Positions 54,784 through 64,000 of a stretch of DNA of 64,000 nucleotides are shown here, piece after piece. The notes beneath the pieces are model-generated. The model was not told the DNA's origin. It saw only the letters and a program-made list of their open reading frames with translations, and made no database searches. Origin of the DNA: an uncultured Gammaproteobacteria bacterium (lineage in GTDB: Bacteria > Patescibacteriota > Microgenomatia > Woykebacterales > RBG-16-39-9b); NCBI GenBank assembly GCA_964360785.1, contig CAYHXX010000001.1, positions 138,549-202,548 of the forward strand. The letters are read 5' to 3'. Each line of letters opens with the position of its first letter. Position 1 is the stretch's first letter. Both the position numbers and the translations under genes were made by a program.

Positions 54784-56151
54784 ATGCCCGAAGAAATAGT
54801 CGAAAAGATTGCTGAAGCTCCCGCGGTCGCAGTTGATAAGGCAATCGACACCTCCAAACAAGCAGCTCAAACGCTCGCAGACCAACCACCGGTTAAAAAA
54901 GCACGCGCTTTCTGGAAACTACTCGGCCCTGGACTCACCACTGGTGCCTCTGACGATGACCCGTCCGGAATTGCAACGTACTCACAGGCAGGAGCGAAGT
55001 TTGGATTTCAATTCCTTTGGTTAGCCCCAATGACTTTTCCTTTTATGGGCGTTGTCCAGGAAATGTGTGCCCGTATTGGACTTGTTACCGGCAGAGGCCT
55101 AGCTGCAAACATTAGAATTCATTTCCCACGCTGGGTACTGTATTTTTGTACTCTTCTTCTTTTCGTCGCCAACGTGATCAATATCGGAGCTGATGTTGGC
55201 GCCATGGCCAAAGCTAGCCAACTAGTACTCCCAAAGATGACCTTTAGCTTTGGTGTCATCGGTTTTACAGTTCTCTCCTTAGCTCTACAAATTTTTACAA
55301 GTTATGAAAAGTTCGCCCGCTACCTAAAATGGCTGGCCTTGATTCTAATTTCTTATATAATCACAGCTTTTATGGTAGACATCAGCTGGATAGAAGTAAT
55401 ACGAAACACTGTGATACCAACAATTGTAATTGGCAAAGAACAAGTAATTCTCATTGCCGCAATCCTCGGAACAACTATTTCCCCTTATCTCTTCTTTTGG
55501 CAAACATCACAGGAAGTTGAAGAAGAAATTTTGGGTGGGAAAACAACTATCTTATCCCGCCAGGAAACAAAAGACAGAGATATCAAACGAATGAGAGTCG
55601 ACGTCTGGTCAGGAATGTTTTTGTCCAATCTGGTAATGTTTTTTATCATTGCTACTTGTGCCGCCACTTTAAATCACGCTGATATTACCAATATCAACAC
55701 TGCTGCTGACGCTGCTGCTGCTTTGGAACCCTTGGCTGGTAAATATGCGTCACTAATATTTGCTATCGGGATTATCGGGACTGGTTTGCTGGCTGTTCCA
55801 GTCTTGGCTGGATCTGCATCCTACGCAATTTCCGAGAGTTTTGGTTGGAAACAAGGACTTTATCGCAACCTGAAACAAGCCTACAGTTTCTACGGGGTCA
55901 TTATCATTGCCTTGGTGATAGGTTTAGCAATGAATTTCTTTGGTATTGATCCGATCAAAGCTTTGATATACTCGGCGGTATTTAATGCAATTGTTGCCCC
56001 AGTTGTGCTTATCTTGATTTTGATTCTCAGTAGCAGTCACAAGGTGATGGGGGAAAGAAAAAACGGGTGGTTAACAAAAACTTTCGGTACACTTATTACG
56101 ATAATAATGTCAGTTACTGCCCTGGTTACCCTATACTTTCTGGCAATCTGA
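54784..56151 (+). CDS. NRAMP family divalent metal transporter
   Basis: LGPGLTTGASDDDPSGIATYSQAGA, LGTTISPYLFFWQ. Confidence 0.92.
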   Translation: MPEEIVEKIAEAPAVAVDKAIDTSKQAAQTLADQPPVKKARAFWKLLGPGLTTGASDDDPSGIATYSQAGAKFGFQFLWLAPMTFPFMGVVQEMCARIGLVTGRGLAANIRIHFPRWVLYFCTLLLFVANVINIGADVGAMAKASQLVLPKMTFSFGVIGFTVLSLALQIFTSYEKFARYLKWLALILISYIITAFMVDISWIEVIRNTVIPTIVIGKEQVILIAAILGTTISPYLFFWQTSQEVEEEILGGKTTILSRQETKDRDIKRMRVDVWSGMFLSNLVMFFIIATCAATLNHADITNINTAADAAAALEPLAGKYASLIFAIGIIGTGLLAVPVLAGSASYAISESFGWKQGLYRNLKQAYSFYGVIIIALVIGLAMNFFGIDPIKALIYSAVFNAIVAPVVLILILILSSSHKVMGERKNGWLTKTFGTLITIIMSVTALVTLYFLAI

Positions 56152-56153
56152 GA

Positions 56154-56525
56154 TCACCCCAATAAAGACTTAACCTCTTCAACAACTTTGCTTGGGGTAT
56201 AGGTACTTTTGATAATGAAGGCTTGAGCCCCCATTTCCAAACCCTTATTGATATATTCATTGGCGGCAACATTGCTCAAAATTAGGATTGTCATGTTTGG
56301 TTTAGGTTTTTTCTGCAAATGCTCTAGAATTTGAAAACCAGAAACATCCGGAATGTTGAGATCCAACATCAAAAGATCATATTGGTTTTGATCTAGCAGG
56401 TCCAAGCCTTCTTGTCCGGAAGCTGTTGATTTGACTTCGAGACCAGCTAGTTTTAGCTGTCGTTCGTATAATTCACGGATAAACTGGTCATCCTCAATCA
56501 TGAGAATTTTCTTTTGTTCGTCCAT
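56154..56525 (-). CDS. Single-domain response regulator
   Basis: KILMIEDD, LMLDLNIPDVSG, ILSN, FIIK. Confidence 0.9.
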   Translation of the reverse strand: MDEQKKILMIEDDQFIRELYERQLKLAGLEVKSTASGQEGLDLLDQNQYDLLMLDLNIPDVSGFQILEHLQKKPKPNMTILILSNVAANEYINKGLEMGAQAFIIKSTYTPSKVVEEVKSLLG

Positions 56526-56590
56526 AAAATTAGTATCAAGTATCAGGCGTCATGTGTCAAGAAATTTTTACTATGGTATTATTGCCAGAT

Positions 56591-57256
56591 ATGTCCTTGT
56601 ACGTAGTTGCTACACCGATTGGAAATATCAAAGACATCACACTTCGGGCTTTGGAGACTCTTAAAGAAGTTGATTTGATTTTGTGTGAAGATACCCGTCA
56701 TTCGGGACAACTCTTGCACCAGTATGAGATCAGGAAACCACTGCTTTCTTTCCACGAGCACAATGAGCTACAAAGAATTCCTGAAGTAATAAGCAGATTA
56801 AAAAATGGAGAGAACATTGCGCTGATTTCCGATGCCGGAACCCCACTTATTTCTGACCCGGGTTTCAAACTTGTCCGCGCTGCTCGACAAGAAAATTTGG
56901 AAGTGGTTGCTGTACCAGGAGCCTCGGCAACAACTGCAGCAATATCAATAAGTGGTCTGCCAACCGATAAGTTTCTCTTTGTTGGCTATTTACCGAAAAC
57001 TTCTGGGAAAAAGGAAGAACTGCTCCAAAAACTTGTCGAACTCAAGAAATTACTACCACAAAGTCTAGTATTTTATGAGTCTCCACACCGCATTGAAAAA
57101 ACCCTTATTGATCTGGAAAGATATTTTCCCGAAAGTCTAGTTTCGGTACAAAGAGAGCTAACAAAAGTTCACGAACAAATACTCAATGGAACTATAACCG
57201 AAGTAAGAGCCAAACTAACCTCAACCAAAGGTGAGTTTACAATCGTTCTTAACTAG
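56591..57256 (+). CDS. rsmI: 16S rRNA C1402 2'-O-methyltransferase
   Basis: LYVVATPIGN, CEDTR, ISDAGTPLISDPG, FYESPHR, RELTK, KGEF. Confidence 0.95.
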   Translation: MSLYVVATPIGNIKDITLRALETLKEVDLILCEDTRHSGQLLHQYEIRKPLLSFHEHNELQRIPEVISRLKNGENIALISDAGTPLISDPGFKLVRAARQENLEVVAVPGASATTAAISISGLPTDKFLFVGYLPKTSGKKEELLQKLVELKKLLPQSLVFYESPHRIEKTLIDLERYFPESLVSVQRELTKVHEQILNGTITEVRAKLTSTKGEFTIVLN

Positions 57257-57273
57257 ATTTAAAAACAAAGAGT

Positions 57274-58830
57274 TTATTTCAACAGGTCTTTTCCGGTCAT
57301 CTGCTCTGGGTTTTTTATTCTCATCAACCCAAGTACTGTTGGGGCAACATCCCCAAGAATGCCCTCCTCTAATTTTGTGGCTGAATTTTGAAACTCTTTC
57401 GCTACCACAATAAACGGCACCTTATTGCGAGAATGCTCAGTCAAAACTTCTCCGGTAGTTTTGTTTAGCTTTTCCTCAGCATTTCCGTGGTCTGCAGTTA
57501 TCACCAAAACACCACCTTTTTCCAAAATTACTTCGGACAACCTTTTCAAACATTGGTCCAAAGTTTCAACTGCCGCTGTGGTAGCTGAGATAGAACCAGT
57601 ATGACCAACCATATCAGCATTGGCATAGTTAACAACGTAAAATTGATATTCGTCGGTTTTTAGTCGTGAAATAAGCTCATTGGTTATTTCTATTGCAGAC
57701 ATTTCTGGTTTGAGATCATAGGTGGCAACTTTTGGGGACGGGATATGGACCCTATCCTCCAGAGGAAACGGCTTTTCTCTCCCTCCATTGAAGAAATAGG
57801 TGACATGAGCATACTTCTCGCTTTCTCCGATATGTAGCTGCTTTAATTTTTGGTCGCTGATTACTTCTGTAAGTGTTTGATCAATGTTTTCTTGGGGGAA
57901 CATCACCGCAACTGGCAGATCCTGTTCATACGAGGTCATGGTTGTAAAATTAAGATTTTCGAGGGCTTTACCTCGATCAAATTCAGTAATTTTCGGCTCG
58001 ACAAAAACCTTGGTCATTTGCCTTGGACGATCCTTGCGATAATTAAAGAAGATAATACTGTCATTATCGGCAATTGTGTGCAAACTACCGTCACTTAAAC
58101 TTATCAGAGACGGCTCAATAAATTCATCAGTGATCTTATTTGCATAGTAGTGCTCAAACACAGTTTTTGGGTCAGCAAAAACCTGGCCTTCTCCGAAAAC
58201 TAGCGCTTTGTATGTCTTTTCAGTTCTATCCCAATGGTTATCACGCGCCATAGCCCAATACCTACCGGTAATCGAAGCAATGCTCCCAATTCCAAGTATT
58301 CCAATCTTTTCTTTTATCTCATCGATAAGCTTGATACCCAGTGTTGGTGAAGAGTCTCTACCATCAGTAAACAAATGAAGAAAAACATTATTCAACCCAA
58401 AAGTTTTAGCAACAGAAAGTAGTGCGTATAAATGTTCGTTACTAGAATGCACCTTCCCACTACCAACCAAACCCATTATGTGAAGATTACTTTGATTTTT
58501 TGTTACATGCTCAAAAGAGGCTAGCAACCTTTCGTTTCGAAAAAAAGAACCGTTAGCGATCGCTTTGTCTATACTTGTCACATCCTGCAAGACTACTCTG
58601 CCGGCTCCGAGATTGAGATGCCCAACTTCAGAATTCCCAGCCTCACCAGGGGGTAAACCCACAGCTTCACCAGAAGCCGTCAGTTCTGTGTGTGGGTAAG
58701 TTGTGATTAGCGAATCAAAGAATGGTTTGCTGGCCAGCTCAATAGCGTTGCCACCTCCAACCGGAGCCACTCCCCAACCATCAAGGATCACAAGCACTAG
58801 TGGACGTAAAGGTTTTTCAAGTTGATTCAT
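57274..58830 (-). CDS. gpmI: 2,3-bisphosphoglycerate-independent phosphoglycerate mutase
   Basis: ILDGWG, GNSEVGH, DGRD, GRYWAM.RD, EKYAHVT, DMVGHTG, TADHGN. Confidence 0.96.
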   Translation of the reverse strand: MNQLEKPLRPLVLVILDGWGVAPVGGGNAIELASKPFFDSLITTYPHTELTASGEAVGLPPGEAGNSEVGHLNLGAGRVVLQDVTSIDKAIANGSFFRNERLLASFEHVTKNQSNLHIMGLVGSGKVHSSNEHLYALLSVAKTFGLNNVFLHLFTDGRDSSPTLGIKLIDEIKEKIGILGIGSIASITGRYWAMARDNHWDRTEKTYKALVFGEGQVFADPKTVFEHYYANKITDEFIEPSLISLSDGSLHTIADNDSIIFFNYRKDRPRQMTKVFVEPKITEFDRGKALENLNFTTMTSYEQDLPVAVMFPQENIDQTLTEVISDQKLKQLHIGESEKYAHVTYFFNGGREKPFPLEDRVHIPSPKVATYDLKPEMSAIEITNELISRLKTDEYQFYVVNYANADMVGHTGSISATTAAVETLDQCLKRLSEVILEKGGVLVITADHGNAEEKLNKTTGEVLTEHSRNKVPFIVVAKEFQNSATKLEEGILGDVAPTVLGLMRIKNPEQMTGKDLLK

Positions 58831-58947
58831 AAGGAAAATCCAAACTAAATTATGCCATAACAACCCATGACTTGTCAGGTTCCGCTACATTTGTTAAGAT
58901 TGTCTGCTGTAATTAGAATCCTAGTATTTATTAGCTTAATTATTTAG

Positions 58948-59679
58948 ATGATAGAAATCGCCGCTGAAAAAATCGGGCAAATTGGCCCGCTACCAGTAAC
59001 AAATTCATTGATCCTGACTTGGATCGTGATGACAGTCTTGATTGCTTTCTCATATTTCGCCGGAAGAAACATCCGCAAAGTCCCAGAGGGGTTGCAGAAT
59101 TTTGCAGAGTTGGTAGTAGAAGGTTTGTATTCAACAGTGGAAGGGTTAGCCGGACCGCTGACAAAACGTATTTTTCCGATCATCGCTACCTTTTTTATTC
59201 TTATTATTGTTAGTAATTATTTCGGATTGCTCCCTGGAGTCGGTACTATCGGGATTAAGGAGCTACACGATGGTAAAGAGATTTTGGTACCGCTATTTCG
59301 TTCGCCGGCAGCAGATCTAAACTTCACCCTAGCTCTCGCACTAATTTCCGTTTTTATGACCCATTATTTCGCAATTACAACAATTGGGGTCTCCGCTTAT
59401 CTTGCTCGCTATTTCAGTCTCAATCCAATCTATTTGTTTGTCGGAATACTAGAAATAATTGCTGAGTTTACAAAGATTATCTCGCTTTCTTTCCGACTTT
59501 TTGGTAATATCTTCGCCGGTGAAGCTTTATTGACTACAATTTCAAACTTGCTGGCTTTCTTTGCCCCTCTACCTTTTATGGGACTTGAGTTGTTAGTTGG
59601 ATTTGTACAGGCAATAGTGTTTATGATGTTGACCTTAGTTTTTATTACTATTCTTGCTGAAAAGCATGAAGCACACTAG
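58948..59679 (+). CDS. atpB: F0F1 ATP synthase subunit a
   Basis: NYFGLLP, RSPAADLN, SLSFRLFGNIFAGE, QAIVF. Confidence 0.95.
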   Translation: MIEIAAEKIGQIGPLPVTNSLILTWIVMTVLIAFSYFAGRNIRKVPEGLQNFAELVVEGLYSTVEGLAGPLTKRIFPIIATFFILIIVSNYFGLLPGVGTIGIKELHDGKEILVPLFRSPAADLNFTLALALISVFMTHYFAITTIGVSAYLARYFSLNPIYLFVGILEIIAEFTKIISLSFRLFGNIFAGEALLTTISNLLAFFAPLPFMGLELLVGFVQAIVFMMLTLVFITILAEKHEAH

Positions 59680-59682
59680 TGA

Positions 59683-59910
<228 letters not shown>

Positions 59911-59941
59911 TTTGGAGTAGAGATCAAAAGTTTGGGAAATA

Positions 59942-60442
59942 ATGAAAATCTTTGAAGAGTTCGGAATTAGTCCAATACTGCTACTAGCACAAGTCGTAAA
60001 CTTTACGATTCTTCTGGTATTACTGCGTTTATTTCTCTATAAACCAGTACTCAAAATTCTCGAGGAGCGTAAAACGAAAATAGCCAAATCCCTAAAAGAT
60101 GCCGAGGAAATTGAGAAAAGATTGGCTGATACCCAAACAGAGCAAGAAAAACTACTTGGCAAAGCACAAACAGAGTCCAGTAAACTCATTGCTGAAGCCA
60201 AGGAAGAGGCCAAAGAACTTTCAGAAAAGACTTTGGCGGAAGCAAGAACCGCAGTAGAAGAAATGCTGGCAAAAAACGGACAGCGTCTGAAACTCGAACG
60301 TGAGGAAATGATGTCAGAAGTCAAAGGTGAGATCGCCGTATTGGTGACTGCTGCTGCTGCTAAAGTCGTTGGGAAATCAGTCGACCAGATGGACAATAAG
60401 AAAATGGTTGATGAGACTATCAAGGAGATTACGGAAAAATGA
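59942..60442 (+). CDS. atpF: F0F1 ATP synthase subunit b
   Basis: AQVVNF..LYKPVLKILEERK. Confidence 0.94.
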   Translation: MKIFEEFGISPILLLAQVVNFTILLVLLRLFLYKPVLKILEERKTKIAKSLKDAEEIEKRLADTQTEQEKLLGKAQTESSKLIAEAKEEAKELSEKTLAEARTAVEEMLAKNGQRLKLEREEMMSEVKGEIAVLVTAAAAKVVGKSVDQMDNKKMVDETIKEITEK

Positions 60443-60840
60443 GCTCAAACAAACAAGTAAAATTGCTGGCGAAGAATATTTTCAATTCCTGCAAAAAGAA
60501 TGGTGTCCTAGACGAAACACTGCTAAGGAAATTTGTTTCTCTCTTGGCAGGCTCAGGAGAGTCAGTTGCCAAGCACATACTAAATAATCTTGAAAGTTTG
60601 GTAGAGACTGAAGAAAAAAAGAACACTTTGATCATTGAATCTGCATATGAACTTGAAACTGAGCAACTAGAAATGATAAAGCAATATTTTGAAACAAAAG
60701 AGAACAGAAAACTAAAAATTAGTTTTTCTATTAATAAAGATATTATTGGTGGCCTGAAACTAAGTCTTGGAGATTTTGTTCAGGAAAACTCAGTAATGAG
60801 CAATTTAGCAACCTTGGAAAATATAATGATATATGAGTAA
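60439..60840 (+). CDS. atpH: F0F1 ATP synthase subunit delta (short)
   Basis: [20 protein letters not shown]; operon position. Confidence 0.85.
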   Translation: MSSNKQVKLLAKNIFNSCKKNGVLDETLLRKFVSLLAGSGESVAKHILNNLESLVETEEKKNTLIIESAYELETEQLEMIKQYFETKENRKLKISFSINKDIIGGLKLSLGDFVQENSVMSNLATLENIMIYE

Positions 60841-62329
60841 TTTAGTTGAAACTTTAAAAAAAGAAATTGAATCTTTAAAAACCGCTTCAACAGAAAAAAA
60901 CGTTGGCAAGATTGTCGAAATTGGCGACGGTGTAATCAAAGCCGAGGGTTTATCCGACGTTGCCTTCAATGAACTAGTCAGCTTACCAAACGGACTCGAT
61001 GGTCTGGCTCTAAACCTGGAGGAGGATAGTGTTGGTATCGTTGTCTTTGGGGATTACAAGTCACTTAAAGAAGGTGACGAGGTTAAAACCACGGGTAAGC
61101 TCCTATCAATTCCAGTTTCAGAAAACCTTATTGGCAGGGTCGTCGACTCACTCGGAAAACCAGTCGATGGTAAAGGCCCAATCAAAGCTAACGAATCCTA
61201 TCCGATCGAAAAAATTGCTCCAGGGGTGATCACCAGACAAAGTGTAAATACCCCACTTCAAACCGGGGTTAAGGCTATTGACAGCATGATCCCAATCGGG
61301 AGAGGCCAAAGAGAACTTATCATTGGTGATCGCGGTATTGGTAAGACTGCACTTACAATTGACACTATCATCAATCAAAAAGATTCTGGAGTCATTTGTA
61401 TCTATGTTGCAATCGGCCAGAAGACTTCAAAGATCGCCCAAATCATTGACACTTTGGAAAAAAATGGGGCGATGAAACATACAATCATTGTCGCCGCCTC
61501 TGCTTCTGATTCTGCTGCCATGCAATATATTGCTCCCTACACTGGTTGTAGTATTGGCGAGTATTTCATGGACCAGGGCAAAGATACTCTAGTTATTTAT
61601 GATGACCTTACCAAACATGCTTGGGCGTACCGCCAAATCTCTCTTCTTCTTCGTCGTCCATCCGGCCGTGAAGCTTACCCTGGAGATGTATTTTACCTAC
61701 ACTCAAGATTACTTGAGAGAGCGGCGAGACTTAACAAAGACTATGGTGGTGGCTCACTGACGGCTCTGCCAATCATCGAAACCCAGGCTGGTGATCTTTC
61801 TGCCTACATTCCAACAAATGTTATTTCAATCACTGATGGACAGATCTTCCTGGAGTCGGATATGTTCAATGCAGGAGTGAGACCAGCAGTCAATGTCGGG
61901 CTCTCTGTTTCCCGTGTTGGTGGAGCTGCCCAGATCAAAGCCATGAAACAAGTGGCAGGCACTCTCCGACTTGACCTAGCGCAATTTCGCTCACTCGAGG
62001 CTTTTGCACAGTTCGGGTCTGACTTGGACGAAGCTACCAAACAACAGCTTGACCGTGGCCGCAGAATAGTCGAAATACTCAAGCAACCACAGTACCAACC
62101 AGTTGCAGTTGAACTACAAGTAGCAATCATTTGGGCTGTCACCACAGGGCAGCTTGATTCTGTGAAGATTGAATCTGTGTCCTCCTTCCAAGAGAAGTTC
62201 TTGGATTCTCTGTCAACAAGAGGTAAGAAAATTCTCGAAGAGATTGCCAAGGAAAAAACCCTTACTGACAAAGTTACAAAAGATTTGGAGAAATTTACTG
62301 CTGAGTTTAAAAAAGGATTTAAAGCATAA
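60833..62329 (+). CDS. atpA: F0F1 ATP synthase subunit alpha
   Basis: [36 protein letters not shown]. Confidence 0.97.
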   Translation: MSNLVETLKKEIESLKTASTEKNVGKIVEIGDGVIKAEGLSDVAFNELVSLPNGLDGLALNLEEDSVGIVVFGDYKSLKEGDEVKTTGKLLSIPVSENLIGRVVDSLGKPVDGKGPIKANESYPIEKIAPGVITRQSVNTPLQTGVKAIDSMIPIGRGQRELIIGDRGIGKTALTIDTIINQKDSGVICIYVAIGQKTSKIAQIIDTLEKNGAMKHTIIVAASASDSAAMQYIAPYTGCSIGEYFMDQGKDTLVIYDDLTKHAWAYRQISLLLRRPSGREAYPGDVFYLHSRLLERAARLNKDYGGGSLTALPIIETQAGDLSAYIPTNVISITDGQIFLESDMFNAGVRPAVNVGLSVSRVGGAAQIKAMKQVAGTLRLDLAQFRSLEAFAQFGSDLDEATKQQLDRGRRIVEILKQPQYQPVAVELQVAIIWAVTTGQLDSVKIESVSSFQEKFLDSLSTRGKKILEEIAKEKTLTDKVTKDLEKFTAEFKKGFKA

Positions 62330-63184
62330 ATGGCCGCCACTAAAGAACTACGAGCTCGTATCAAATCAATAAAGAACACCTCTAAGGTCACCAAGGCTAT
62401 GGAGCTTGTTTCAGCTGCAAAAATGCGCCGTGCCCAAGACCAAGCTATAAGAGGCAGATCTTATTCTGAACTTATCAACAAAGTCTTGCGCAACATTTCT
62501 TCAAGAATCGACAAGAATTCCCATCCCCTGCTCGTACGAGAAGATGACAAAAAAGAAGGGGTTCTTTTGATCACTACGGATCGTGGACTTTGTGGATCAC
62601 TAAATACAAACCTATTCCGCAAAGCATTGGAAATCCAAGGTGAGGTTTCATTTATCACTATTGGCAAAAAAGGACAAATCTTTATCTCCAAATCTGCTAA
62701 ACCACTCTCCGCTGATTTCGAACTGCTGGAGCGCCCAAGCAGTGAAATGGCTCGAAAGATTTCAAAATTTCTGATCAATGCGTTTCTGTCCGGAGAATTC
62801 AATAAAATCCACGTGGTCTACACCGATTTCCAGACAACCCTAAAACAAGAAGCTACTCTAAGACAACTCTTGCCAATAATCAGTATGGAAATTCTCGAGA
62901 CACTTGCCAAAGAGTCTAAAGAATCAGCTGAATATTTGTTTGAACCAAACCCAGACCAAGTCCTCGAAACTATCCTACCGCACTACATTCAAATGGAGGT
63001 TTATCAGGTACTTCTTGAGGCAGCCGCCAGCGAACACTCGGCCCGGATGGTGGCAATGAAGAATGCTTCTGATAACGCCGCAGAATTAGTTGACGACCTG
63101 ACTCTTGCCTACAACCAAGTCAGACAAGCAAATATTACCAACGAGATTTTAGATATAACAACAGCAAGCTTAGCAGTTAATTAA
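62330..63184 (+). CDS. atpG: F0F1 ATP synthase subunit gamma
   Basis: TKAMELVSAAK, DRGLCG, SEHSARMVAM, RQANITNEI. Confidence 0.97.
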   Translation: MAATKELRARIKSIKNTSKVTKAMELVSAAKMRRAQDQAIRGRSYSELINKVLRNISSRIDKNSHPLLVREDDKKEGVLLITTDRGLCGSLNTNLFRKALEIQGEVSFITIGKKGQIFISKSAKPLSADFELLERPSSEMARKISKFLINAFLSGEFNKIHVVYTDFQTTLKQEATLRQLLPIISMEILETLAKESKESAEYLFEPNPDQVLETILPHYIQMEVYQVLLEAAASEHSARMVAMKNASDNAAELVDDLTLAYNQVRQANITNEILDITTASLAVN

Positions 63185-63189
63185 AATGA

Positions 63190-64000
<811 letters not shown>

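Overview
Chromosomal window from a small-genome bacterium, most likely Patescibacteria/CPR (Microgenomates-like). This is inferred from gene content: MurT/GatD, FemABX, a type IV pilin cluster, secG next to an orphan peptide-binding protein, a short ATP synthase delta, and no respiratory genes in the window. Core genes include murT/gatD, cspA, a T4P/T2SS-like cluster with kinase and receiver, malic enzyme, glutamate dehydrogenase, yidC, lon (CIRCE-like operator), secG, uvrC/uvrA/uvrB, lexA, rsmI, gpmI, atpBEFHAGD(partial) and 14 intact tRNAs. Four unusual signals stand out. (1) Eight intact tRNAs are flanked by, or nested inside, degenerate 'ghost' tRNAs, most resembling the inner gene, whose loops are interrupted by short palindromic hairpins. 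(2) Two tandem, unannotated 35-aa signal-peptide-like genes end in AN[VI]ITLPWAWH and lie directly downstream of an orphan peptide-binding protein and a HAMP sensor kinase, a candidate peptide-signalling system. (3) A conserved ~75-nt two-hairpin element closes orphan gene cassettes that converge on tRNA 3' ends. (4) Two large structured non-coding RNAs (~240 and ~430 nt) with their own sigma70-like promoters lie in the uvrA-uvrB-lexA region. All alignments and folds were done by eye; no database searches were run.
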